Source: the human T2T-CHM13v2.0 reference genome, Homo sapiens
DNA length: 64,000 nucleotides
Reading direction: 5' to 3' (one strand)
NCBI RefSeq assembly: GCF_009914755.1
Contig: NC_060935.1
The notes under the pieces were generated by a model, which had not been told where the DNA came from, searched no databases, and saw nothing but the letters and a program-made list of their open reading frames with translations. Every line of letters starts with the position of its first letter. Position 1 is the first letter of the stretch. The position numbers and the translations under genes were made by a program. Shown one piece after another: positions 12,341 through 25,900 of the stretch.

Positions 12341-15300
12341 TCTGCAAGTGGATATTTGGACCACTTTGTGGCCTTCCTTCGAAACGTGTATATCTTCACA
12401 TCAAACCTAGACAGAAGCATTCTCAGAATGTTTCCTGTGAAGACTGCATTCAACGCACAGAGGTGAACAATCCTGTTGATGGAGCAGTTTGAAACTCTCT
12501 TTCTTTGGAATCTGCAAGTGGATATTTGGACCTCTTTGAAGATTTCCTTGGAAAAGTGTTCATCTTCAAAGAAAAACTAAACAGAAGCATTCTCAGAAAC
12601 TCCTTTGTGTTGTTTGTGTTCCACTTCAAGAATTGAACTTTCCTCTTCACAGAGCAGCTCTGAAACTCCCTTTTTCTAGAATCTGTAAGTGGACATTTCG
12701 AGGGCTTTGAGGCATGTGGTGGAAAAGGAAACATCTTCACATAAAACCTAGATAGAAGCATTCTCAGAAACTACTTTGTGATGATTGCATTCGACTCATA
12801 GAGTTGAACATTCCTATAGATAGAGCAGGTTGTAAACAATCTTTCTGTAGAATCTGCGATTGGAGATTTGGACTTCTTTGAGGCCTACTGTAGTAAAGGA
12901 AATAACTTCATCGAAAAACCAAGCGGAAGCATTCACAGACAATACTTTGTGATCATTGGATTGAACTAAGAGAGCTGAACATTCCTTTAGATGGCGCAGT
13001 TTCCCAACACATTTTCTGTAGAATATGCAAGTGGATATTGGGACTTCTCTGAGGATTTCGTTGGAAAAGGGATAAATTCCCAGAACTACACAGAAGAATT
13101 CTCAGAAACTACTTTTTGATGTTGCATTCAACTCACAGAGTTGAACCTTGCTTTCATAGTTCAGCTTTCAAACACTCTTTTTGTAGAAACTGCAAGTGGA
13201 TATTTGGACCACTTTGTGGCCTTCCTTCGAAACGGGAATATCTTCACATCAAACCTAGACAGAAGCATTCTCAGAATGTTTCCTGTGATGACTGCATTCA
13301 ACGCACAGAGGTGAACAATCCTGTTGATGGAGCAGTTTTGAATCTCTCTTTCTCTGGAATCTGAAAGTGGATATGTGGACCTCTTTGAAGATTTCGTTGG
13401 AAAAGGGTTCATCTTCAAAGAAAAACTAAACAGAAGCATTCTCAGAAACAACTTTGTGATGTTTGTGTTCAACTTGCAGAGTTGACCTTTCCTCTTGACA
13501 GAGCAGCTATGAAACATTGTTTTTCCAGAATCTGCAAGTGGACATTTGGAGGGTTTTGGGGCCTTTGGCGGAAACGTAAATATCTGCATATAATAACTAG
13601 ATAGAAGCATTCTGAGAATCTACTTTGTGATGATTGCATTCGACTCACAGAGTTAAACCTTCCAATGGAGAAAGCAGTTTGTAAACACTCTTTTTGTAGA
13701 ATCTGCGATTGCTGATTTGGACTGCATTGAGGCCTACGGTACTAAAGGAAATAACTTCATCTAAAAACCAAACGGAAGCATTCACAGAAAATTCTTTGTG
13801 ATGATTGGATTGAACTAAGAGAGCTGAACATTCCTTTAGATGGCGCAGTTTCCAAACAGACTTTATGAAGAATCTGCAAGTGGATATTTGGACCTCTCTG
13901 AGGATTTCGTTGGAAATGTGATAAACTTCCCAGAACTACACGGAAGCATTCTCAGAAACATCTTTCTCACTTTTGCATTCAACTCACAGAGTTGAACCTT
14001 CCTTTCATAGTTCAGCTTTCAAACACTCTATTTGTAGAATCTGCAAGTGGATATTTGGACCACTTTGTGGCCTTCCTTCGAAACGGGTATATCTTCACAT
14101 CAAACCTAGACAGAAGCATTCTCAGAATGTTTCCTGTGATGACTGCATTCAACGCACAGAGGTGAACAATCCTGTTGATGGAGCAGTTTTGAACCTCTCT
14201 TTCTTTGGAATCTGCAAGTGGATATGTGGACCTCTTTGACGATTTCCTTGGAAACGGGTTCATCTTCAAAGAAAAACTAAACAGAAGCATTCTCAGAAAC
14301 TGCTTTGTGATGTTTGTGTTCCACTTCAAGAATTGAAATTTCCTCTTGACAGAACAGCTCTGAAAACCTCTTTTTCTAGAATCTGCAAGTGGACATTTGG
14401 AGGGCTTTGAGGCCTGCGGTGGAAAAGGAAATATCTTCACATAAAACCTAGATAGAAGCATTCTCAGAAACAACTTTGTGATGATTGCATTCGACTCACA
14501 GAGTTGAACATTCCTATAGATAGAGCAGGTTGTAAACAATCATTTGTAGAATCTGCGATTGGAGATTTGGACTGCTTTGAGGCCTACAGTAGTAAAGGAA
14601 ATAACTTCATCTAAAAACCAAGTGGAAGCATTCACAGACAATACTTTGTGATCATTGGATTGAACTAAGAGAGCTGAACATTCCTTTAGATGGCGCAGTT
14701 TCCAAACACACTTTCTGTAGAATATGCAAGTGGATATTTGGACCTCTCTGAGGATTTCGTTGGAAACGGGATAAATTCCCAGAACTACACAGAAGCATTC
14801 TCAGAAACTTCTTTGTGATGTTGCATTCAACTCACAGAGTTGAACCTTGCTTTCATTGTTCAGCTTTCAAACACTCTTTTTGTAGAGTCTGCAAGTGGAT
14901 ATTTGGACCACTTTGTGGCCTTCCTTCGAAACGTGTATATCTTCACATCAAACCTAGACAGAAGCATTCTCAGAATGTTTCCTGTGAAGACTGCATTCAA
15001 CGCACAGAGGTGAACAATCCTGTTGATGGAGCAGTTTGAAACTCTCTTTCTTTGGAATCTGCGAGTGGATATTTGGACCTCTTTGAAGATTTCCTTGGAA
15101 AAGTGTTCATCTTCAAAGAAAAACTAAACAGAAGCATTCTCAGAAACTCCTTTGTGTTGTTTGTGTTCCACTTCAAGAATTGAACTTTCCTCTTGACAGA
15201 GCAGCTCTGAAACTCCCTTTTTCTAGAATCTGTAAGTGGACATTTCGAGGGCTTTGAGGCCTGTGGTGGAAAAGGAAACATCTTCACATAAAACCTAGAT

Positions 15301-18300
15301 AGAAGCATTCTCAGAAACTACTTTGTGATGATTGCATTCGACTCATAGAGTTGAACATTCCTATAGATAGAGCAGGTTGTAAACAATCTTTCTGTAGAAT
15401 CTGCGATTGGAGATTTGGACTTCTTTGAGGCCTACTGTAGTAAAGGAAATAACTTCATCGAAAAACCAAGCGGAAGCATTCACAGACAATACTTTGTGAT
15501 CATTGGATTGAACTAAGAGAGCTGAACATTCCTTTAGATGGCGCAGTTTCCCAACACACTTTCTGTAGAATATGCAAGTGGATATTGGGACTTCTCTGAG
15601 GATTTCGTTGGAAAAGGGATAAATTCCCAGAACTACACAGAAGAATTCTCAGAAACTACTTTTTGATGTTGCATTCAACTCACAGAGTTGAACCTTGCTT
15701 TCATAGTTCAGCTTTCAAACACTCTTTTTGTAGAAACTGCAAGTGGATATTTGGACCACTTTGTGGCCTTCCTTCGAAACGGGAATATCTTCACATCAAA
15801 CCTAGACAGAAGCATTCTCAGAATGTTTCCTGTGATGACTGCATTCAACGCACAGAGGTGAACAATCCTGTTGATGGAGCAGTTTTGAATCTCTCTTTCT
15901 CTGGAATCTGAAAGTGGATATGTGGACCTCTTTGAAGATTTCGTTGGAAAAGGGTTCATCTTCAAAGAAAAACTAAACAGAAGCATTCTCAGAAACAACT
16001 TTGTGATGTTTGTGTTCAACTTGCAGAGTTGACCTTTCCTCTTGACAGAGCAGCTATGAAACATTGTTTTTCCAGAATCTGCAAGTGGACATTTGGAGGG
16101 TTTTGGGGCCTTTGGCGGAAACGTAAATATCTGCATATAATAACTAGATAGAAGCATTCTGAGAATCTACTTTGTGATGACTGCATTCGACTCACAGAGT
16201 TAAACCTTCCAATGGAGAAAGCAGTTTGTAAACACTCTTTTTGTAGAATCTACGATTGCTGATTTGGACTGCATTGAGGCCTACGGTACTAAAGGAAATA
16301 ACTTCATCTAAAAACCAAACGGAAGCATTCACAGAAAATTCTTTGTGATGATTGGATTGAACTAAGAGAGCTGAACATTCCTTTAGATGGCGCAGTTTCC
16401 AAACAGACTTTATGAAGAATCTGCAAGTGGATATTTGGACCTCTCTGAGGATTTCGTTGGAAATGTGATAAACTTCCCAGAACTACACGGAAGCATTCTC
16501 AGAAACATCTTTCTCACTTTTGCATTCAACTCACAGAGTTGAACCTTCCTTTCATAGTTCAGCTTTCAAACACTCTATTTGTAGAATCTGCAAGTGGATA
16601 TTTGGACCACTTTGTGGCCTTCCTTCGAAACGGGTATATCTTCAAATCAAACCTAGACAGAAGCATTCTCAGAATGTTTCCTGTGATGACTGCATTCAAC
16701 GCACAGAGGTGAACAATCCTGTTGATGGAGCAGTTTTGAACCTCTCTTTCTTTGGAATCTGCAAGTGGATATGTGGACCTCTTTGACGATTTCCTTGGAA
16801 ACGGGTTCATCTTCAAAGAAAAACTAAACAGAAGCATTCTCAGAAACTGCTTTGTGATGTTTGTGTTCCACTTCAAGAATTGAACTTTCCTCTTGACAGA
16901 ACAGCTCTGAAACCCTCTTTTTCTAGAATCTGCAAGTGGACATTTGGAGGGCTTTGAGGCCTGCGGTGGAAAAGGAAATATCTTCACATAAAACCTAGAT
17001 AGAAGCATTCTCAGAAACAACTTTGTGATGATTGCATTCGACTCACAGAGTTGAACATTCCTATAGATAGAGCAGGTTGTAAACAATCATTTGTAGAATC
17101 TGCGATTGGAGATTTGGACTGCTTTGAGGCCTACAGTAGTAAAGGAAATAACTTCATCTAAAAACCAAGTGGAAGCATTCACACACAATACTTTGTGATC
17201 ATTGGATTGAACTAAGAGAGCTGAACATTCCTTTAGATGGCGCAGTTTCCAAACACACTTTCTGTAGAATATGCAAGTGGATATTTGGACCTCTCTGAGG
17301 ATTTCGTTGGAAACGGGATAAATTCCCAGGACTACACAGAAGCATTCTCAGAAACTTCTTTGTGATGTTGCATTCAACTCACAGAGTTGAACCTTGCTTT
17401 CATTGTTCAGCTTTCAAACACTCTTTTTGTAGAGTCTGCAAGTGGATATTTGGACCACTTTGTGGCCTTCCTTCGAAACGTGTATATCTTCACATCAAAC
17501 CTAGACAGAAGCATTCTCAGAATGTTTCCTGTGAAGACTGCATTCAACGCACAGAGGTGAACAATCCTGTTGATGGAGCAGTTTGAAACTCTCTTTCTTT
17601 GGAATCTGCGAGTGGATATTTGGACCTCTTTGAAGATTTCCTTGGAAAAGTGTTCATCTTCAAAGAAAAACTAAACAGAAGCATTCTCAGAAACTCCTTT
17701 GTGTTGTTTGTGTTCCACTTCAAGAATTGAACTTTCCTCTTGACAGAGCAGCTCTGAAACTCCCTTTTTCTAGAATCTGTAAGTGGACATTTCGAGGGCT
17801 TTGAGGCCTGTGGTGGAAAAGGAAACATCTTCACATAAAACCTAGATAGAAGCATTCTCAGAAACTACTTTGTGATGATTGCATTCGACTCATAGAGTTG
17901 AACATTCCTATAGATAGAGCAGGTTGTAAACAATCTTTCTGTAGAATCTGCGATTGGAGATTTGGACTTCTTTGAGGCCTACTGTAGTAAAGGAAATAAC
18001 TTCATCGAAAAACCAAGCGGAAGCATTCACAGACAATACTTTGTGATCATTGGATTGAACTAAGAGAGCTGAACATTCCTTTAGATGGCGCAGTTTCCCA
18101 ACACACTTTCTGTAGAATATGCAAGTGGATATTGGGACTTCTCTGAGGATTTCGTTGGAAAAGGGATAAATTCCCAGAACTACACAGAAGAATTCTCAGA
18201 AACTACTTTTTGATGTTGCATTCAACTCACAGAGTTGAACCTTGCTTTCATAGTTCAGCTTTCAAACACTCTTTTTGTAGAAACTGCAAGTGGATATTTG

Positions 18301-19981
18301 GACCACTTTGTGGCCTTCCTTCGAAACGGGAATATCTTCACATCAAACCTAGACAGAAGCATTCTCAGAATGTTTCCTGTGATGACTGCATTCAACGCAC
18401 AGAGGTGAACAATCCTGTTGATGGAGCAGTTTTGAATCTCTCTTTCTCTGGAATCTGAAAGTGGATATGTGGACCTCTTTGAAGATTTCGTTGGAAAAGG
18501 GTTCATCTTCAAAGAAAAACTAAACAGAAGCATTCTCAGAAACAACTTTGTGATGTTTGTGTTCAACTTGCAGAGTTGACCTTTCCTCTTGACAGAGCAG
18601 CTATGAAACATTGTTTTTCCAGAATCTGCAAGTGGACATTTGGAGGGTTTTGGGGCCTTTGGCGGAAACGTAAATATCTGCATATAATAACTAGATAGAA
18701 GCATTCTGAGAATCTACTTTGTGATGACTGCATTCGACTCACAGAGTTAAACCTTCCAATGGAGAAAGCAGTTTGTAAACACTCTTTTTGTAGAATCTAC
18801 GATTGCTGATTTGGACTGCATTGAGGCCTACGGTACTAAAGGAAATAACTTCATCTAAAAACCAAACGGAAGCATTCACAGAAAATTCTTTGTGATGATT
18901 GGATTGAACTAAGAGAGCTGAACATTCCTTTAGATGGCGCAGTTTCCAAACAGACTTTATGAAGAATCTGCAAGTGGATATTTGGACCTCTCTGAGGATT
19001 TCGTTGGAAATGTGATAAACTTCCCAGAACTACACGGAAGCATTCTCAGAAACATCTTTCTCACTTTTGCATTCAACTCACAGAGTTGAACCTTCCTTTC
19101 ATAGTTCAGCTTTCAAACACTCTATTTGTAGAATCTGCAAGTGGATATTTGGACCACTTTGTGGCCTTCCTTCGAAACGGGTATATCTTCAAATCAAACC
19201 TAGACAGAAGCATTCTCAGAATGTTTCCTGTGATGACTGCATTCAACGCACAGAGGTGAACAATCCTGTTGATGGAGCAGTTTTGAACCTCTCTTTCTTT
19301 GGAATCTGCAAGTGGATATGTGGACCTCTTTGACGATTTCCTTGGAAACGGGTTCATCTTCAAAGAAAAACTAAACAGAAGCATTCTCAGAAACTGCTTT
19401 GTGATGTTTGTGTTCCACTTCAAGAATTGAACTTTCCTCTTGACAGAACAGCTCTGAAACCCTCTTTTTCTAGAATCTGCAAGTGGACATTTGGAGGGCT
19501 TTGAGGCCTGCGGTGGAAAAGGAAATATCTTCACATAAAACCTAGATAGAAGCATTCTCAGAAACAACTTTGTGATGATTGCATTCGACTCACAGAGTTG
19601 AATATTCCTATAGATAGAGCAGGTTGTAAACAATCATTTGTAGAATCTGCGATTGGAGATTTGGACTGCTTTGAGGCCTACAGTAGTAAAGGAAATAACT
19701 TCATCTAAAAACCAAGTGGAAGCATTCACAGACAATACTTTGTGATCATTGGATTGAACTAAGAGAGCTGAACATTCCTTTAGATGGCGCAGTTTCCAAA
19801 CACACTTTCTGTAGAATATGCAAGTGGATATTTGGACCTCTCTGAGGATTTCGTTGGAAACGGGATAAATTCCCAGGACTACACAGAAGCATTCTCAGAA
19901 ACTTCTTTGTGATGTTGCATTCAACTCACAGAGTAGAACCTTGCTTTCATTGTTCAGCTTTCAAACACTCTTTTTGTAGAG
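12341..19981 (+). repeat. Three tandem copies of a 2,547-bp 15-monomer segment
   Basis: ORF periodicity 12450/14997/17544, 13116/15663/18210, 13973/16520/19067; marker aaacgTgt at 12387, 14934, 17481 but aaacgGgt at 20028. Confidence 0.9.
14755..14771 (+). other. Canonical CENP-B box, the first intact one in array 2 (one per 15-mer)
   Basis: tttcgttggaaacggga; repeated at +2,547 and +5,094. Confidence 0.88.
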
Positions 19982-22900
19982 TCTGCAAGTGGATATTTGG
20001 ACCACTTTGTGGCCTTCCTTCGAAACGGGTATATCTTCACATCAAACCTAGACAGAAGCATTCTCAGAATGTCTCCTGTGATGACTGCATTCAACTCACA
20101 GAGGTGAACAATCCTGTTGATGGAGCAGTTTTGAAACTCTCTTTCTTTGGAATCTGCAAATGGATGTGTGGACCTGTTTGAAGATTTCGTTGGAAACGGG
20201 TTCATCTTCACATAAAAACTAAACAGGAGCATTCTCAGAAACTGCTTTGTGATGTTTGTGTTCCACTTCAAGAATTGAACTTTCCTCTTGACAGAGCAGC
20301 TCTGAAACCCTCTTTTTCTAGAATCTGCAAGTGGACATTTGGAGGGCTTTGGGGCCTGTGGTGGAAAAGGAAAATCTTCACATAAAAACTAGATGGAAGC
20401 ATTCTCAGAAACTACTTTGTGATGATTGCATTCGACTCACAGAGTTGAACATTCCTATAGATAGAGCAGGTTGTAAACAATCTTTTTGTAGAATCTGCGA
20501 TTGGATATTTGGACTGTTTTGAGACCTACTGTAGTAAAGGAAATAACTTCATCTAAAAACCAAACGGAAGCATTCACAGACAATTCTTAGTGATCATTGG
20601 ATTGAACTAAGAGAGCTGAACATTCCTTTAGATGGCGCAGTTTCCAAACACACTTTCTGTAGAATCTGCAAGTGGATATTGGGAACTCTCTGAGGATTTC
20701 GTTGGAAACGGGATAAATTCCCAGAACTGCACAGAAGCATTCTCAGAAACTTCTTTGTGATGTTGCATTCAACTCACAGACTTGAACCTTGCTTTCATAG
20801 TTCAGCTTCCAAACACTCTTTTTGTAGAATCTGCAAGTGGATATTTGGACCACTTTGTGGCCTTCCTTCGAAACGGGAATATCTTCACATCAAACCTAGA
20901 CAGAAGCATTCTCAGAATGTTTCCTGTGATGACTGCATTCAACGCACAGAGGTGAACAATCCTGTTGATGGAGCAGTTTTGAATCTCTCTTTCTCTGGAA
21001 TCTGAAAGTGGATATGTGGACCTCTTTGAAGATTTCGTTGGAAAAGGGTTCATCTTCAAAGAAAAACTAAACAGAAGCATTCTCAGAAACAACTTTGTGA
21101 TGTTTGTGTTCAACTTGCAGAGTTGACCTTTCCTCTTGACAGAGCAGCTATGAAACATTGTTTTTCTAGAATCTGCAAGTGGACATTTGGAGGGTTTTGG
21201 GGCCTTTGGCGGAAACGTAAATATCTGCATATAATAACTAGATAGAAGCATTCTGAGAATCTACTTTGTGATGATTGCATTCGACTCACAGAGTTAAACC
21301 TTCCAATGGAGAAAGCAGTTTGTAAACACTCTTTTTGTAGAATCTGCGATTGCTGATTTGGACTGCATTGAGGCTTATGGTACTAAAGGAAATAACTTCA
21401 TCTAAAAACCAAACGGAAGCATTCACAGAAAATTCTTTGTGATGATTGGATTGAACTAAGAGAGCTGAACATTCCTTTAGATGGCGCAGTTTCCAAACAG
21501 ACTTTATGTAGAATCTGCAAGTGGATATTTGGACCTCTGTGAGGATTTCGTTGGAAATGTGATAAACTTCCCAGAACTACACGGAAGCATTCTCAGAAAC
21601 ATGTGTGTCACTGTTGCATTCAACTCACAGAGTTGAACCTTCCTTTCATAGTTCAGCTTTCAAACACTCTATTTGTAGAATCTGCAAGTGGATATTTGGA
21701 CCATTTTGTGGCCTTCCTTCGAAACGTGTATATCTTCACATCAAACCTAGACAGAAGCATTCTCAGAATGTTTCCTGTGAAGACTGCATTCAACGCACAG
21801 AGGTGAACAATCCTGTTGATGGAGCAGTTTGAAACTCTCTTTCTTTGGAATCTGCAAGTGGATATTTGGACCTCTTTGAAGATTTCCTTGGAAAAGTGTT
21901 CATCTTCAAAGAAAAGCTAAACAGAAGCATTCTCAGAAACTCCTTTGTGTTGTTTGTGTTCCACTTCAAGAATTGAACTTTCCTCTTGACAGAGCAGCTC
22001 TGAAACTCCCTTTTTCTAGAATCTGCAAGTGGACATTTGGAGGGCTTTGAGGCCTGTGGTGGAAAAGGAAACATCTTCACATAAAACCTAGATAGAAGCA
22101 TTCTCAGAAACTACTTTGTGATGATTGCATTCGACTCATAGATTTGAACATTCCTATAGATAGAGCAGGTTGTAAACAATCTTTCTGTAGAATCTGCGAT
22201 TGGAGATTTGGACTTCTTTGAGGCCTACTGTAGTAAAGGAAATAACTTCATCTAAAAACCAAGCGGAAGCATTCACAGACAATACTTTGTGATCATTGGA
22301 TTGAACTAAGAGAGCTGAACATTCCTTTAGATGGCGCAGTTTCCCAACACACTTTCTGTAGAATATGCAAGTGGATATTGGGACTTCTCTGAGGATTTCG
22401 TTGGAAAAGGGATAAATTCCCAGAACTACACAGAAGCATTCTCAGAAACTACTTTGTGATGTTGCATTCAACTCACAGAGTTGAACCTTGCTTTCATAGT
22501 TCAGCTTTCAAACACTCTTTTTGTAGAAACTGCAAGTGGATATTTGGACCACTTTGTGGCCTTCCTTCGAAACGGGTATATCTTCACATCAAACCTAGAC
22601 AGAAGCATTCTCACAATGTTTCCTGTGATTACTGCATTCAACGCACAGAGGTGAACAATCCTGCTGATGGAGCAGTTTTGAATCTCTCTTTCTCTGGAAT
22701 CTGAAAGTGGATATGTGGACCTATTTGAAGATTTCGTTGGAAACGGTTTCATCTTCAAAGAAAAACTAAACAGTAGCATTCTCAGAAACAACTTTGTGAT
22801 GTTTGTGTTCAACTTGCAGAGTTGAACATTCCTCTTGACAGAGCAGCTATGAAACATTGTTTTTCTAGAACCTGCAAGTGGACATTTGGAGGGTTTTGGG

Positions 22901-25900
22901 GCCTTTGGCGGAAACGTAAATATCTGCATATAATAACTAGATAGAAGCATTCTGAGAACCTACTTTGTGATGATTGCATTCGACTCACAGAGTTGAACCT
23001 TCCAATAGATAGAGCAGTTTGTAAACACTCCTTTTGCAGAATCTGTGATTGCTGATTTGGACTGCATTGAGGCCCACGGTACTAAAGGAAATAACTTCAT
23101 CTAAAAACCAAACGGAAGCATTCACAGAAAATTCTTTGTGATGATTGGATTGAACTCAGAGAGCTGAACATTCCTTTAGATGCAGCAGTTTCCAAACACA
23201 CTTTCTGTAGAATCTGCAAGTGGATATTTGGACCTCTCTGAGGATTTCGTTGGAAATGGGATAAATTTCCCAGAACTACACGAAAGCATTCTCAGAAACA
23301 TCTTTCTCACTTTTGCATTCAACTCACAGAGTTGAACCTTCCTTTCATAGTTCAGCTTTCAAACACTCTATTTGTAGAATCTGCAAGTGGATATTTGGAC
23401 CACTTTGTGGCCTTCCTTCGAAACGGGTATATCTTCACATCAAACCTAGACAGAAGCATTCTCAGAATGTTTCCTGTGATGACTGCATTCAACGCACAGA
23501 GGTGAACAATCCTGTTGATGGAGCAGTTTTGAACCTCTCTTTCTTTGGAATCTGCAAGTGGATATGTGGACCTCTTTGACGATTTCCTTGGAAACGGGTT
23601 CATCTTCAAAGAAAAACTAAACAGAAGCATTCTCAGAAACTGCTTTGTGATGTTTGTATTCCACTTCAAGAATTGAACTTTCCTCTTGACAGAACAGCTC
23701 TGAAACCCTCTTTTTCTAGAATCTGCAAGTGGACATTTGGAGGGCTTTGAGGCCTGTGGTGGAAAAGGAAATATCTTCACATAAAACCTAGATAGAAGCA
23801 TTCTCAGAAACTACTTTGTGATGATTGCATTCGACTCACAGAGTTGAACATTCCTATAGATAGAGCAGGTTGTAAACAATCATTTGTAGAATCTGCGATT
23901 GGAGATTTGGACTGCTTTGAGGCCTACAGTAGTAAAGGAAATAACTTCATCTAAAAACCAAGTGGAAGCATTCACAGACAATACTTTGTGATCATTGGAT
24001 TGAACTAAGAGAGCTGAACATTCCTTTAGATGGCGCAGTTTCCAAACACACTTTCTGTAGAATATGCAAGTGGATATTTGGACCTCTCTGAGGATTTCGT
24101 TGGAAACGGGATAAATTCCCAGAACTACACAGAAGCATTCTCAGAAACTTCTTTGTGATGTTGCATTCAACTCACAGAGTTGAACCTTGCTTTCATTGTT
24201 CAGCTTTCAAACACTCTTTTTGTAGAGTCTGCATGTGGATATTTGGACCACTTTGTGGCCTTCCTTCGAAACGGGTATATCTTCACATCAAACCTAGACA
24301 GAAGCATTCTCAGAATGTCTCCTGTGATGACTGCATTCAACTCACAGAGGTGAACAATCCTGTTGATGGAGCAGTTTTGAAACTCTCTTTCTTTGGAATC
24401 TGCAAATGGATGTGTGGACCTGTTTGAAGATTTCGTTGGAAATGGGTTCATCTTCACATAAAAACTAAACAGGAGCATTCTCAGAAACTGCTTTGTGATG
24501 TTTGTGTTCCACTTCAAGAATTGAACTTTCCTCTTGACAGAGCAGCTCTGAAACCCTCTTTTTCTAGAATCTGCAAGTGGACATTTGGAGGGCTTTGGGG
24601 CCTGTGGTGGAAAAGGAAAATCTTCATATAAAAACTAGATGGAAGAATTTTCAGAAACTACTTTGTGATGATTGCATTCGACTCACAGAGTTGAACATTC
24701 CTATAGATAGAGCAGGTTGTAAACAATCTTTTTGTAGAATCTGCGATTGGATATTTGGACTGTTTTGAGACCTACTGTAGTAAAGGAAATAACTTCATCT
24801 AAAAACCAAACGGAAGCATTCACAGAAAATTCTTTGTGATCATTGGATTGAACTAAGAGAGCTGAACATTCCTTTAGATGGCGCAGTTTCCAAACACACT
24901 TTCTGTAGAATCTGCAAGTGGATATTGGGAACTCTCTGAGGATTTCGTTGGAAACGGGATAAATTCCCAGAACTGCACAGAAGCATTCTCAGAAACTTCT
25001 TTGTGATGTTGCATTCAACTCACAGACTTGAACCTTGCTTTCATAGTTCAGCTTCCAAACACTCTTTTTGTAGAATCTGCAAGTGGATATTTGGACCACT
25101 TTGTGGCCTTCCTTCGAAACGGGAATATCTTCACATCAAACCTAGACAGAAGCATTATCAGAATGTTTCCTGTGATGACTGCATTCAACGCACAGAGGTG
25201 AACAATCCTGTTGATGGAGCAGTTTTGAATCTCTCTTTCTCTGGAATCTGAAAGTGGATATGTGGACCTCTTTGAAGATTTCGTTGGAAAAGGGTTCATC
25301 TTCAAAGAAAAACTAAACAGAAGCATTCTCAGAAACAACTTTGTGATGTTTGTGTTCAACTTGCAGAGTTGACCTTTCCTCTTGACAGAGCAGCTATGAA
25401 ACATTGTTTTTCCAGAATCTGCAAGTGGACATTTGGAGGGTTTTGGGGCCTTTGGCGGAAACGTAAATATCTGCATATAATAACTAGATAGAAGCATTCT
25501 GAGAATCTACTTTGTGATGATTGCATTCGACTCACAGAGTTAAACCTTCCAATGGAGAAAGCAGTTTGTAAACACTCTTTTTGTAGAATCTGCGATTGCT
25601 GATTTGGACTGCATTGAGGCTTATGGTACTAAAGGAAATAACTTCATCTAAAAACCAAACGGAAGCATTCACAGAAAATTCTTTGTGATGATTGGATTGA
25701 ACTAAGAGAGCTGAACATTCCTTTAGATGGCGCAGTTTCCAAACAGACTTTATGTAGAATCTGCAAGTGGATATTTGGACCTCTGTGAGGATTTCGTTGG
25801 AAATGTGATAAACTTCCCAGAACTACACGGAAGCATTCTCAGAAACATGTGTGTCACTGTTGCATTCAACTCACAGAGTTGAACCTTCCTTTCATAGTTC

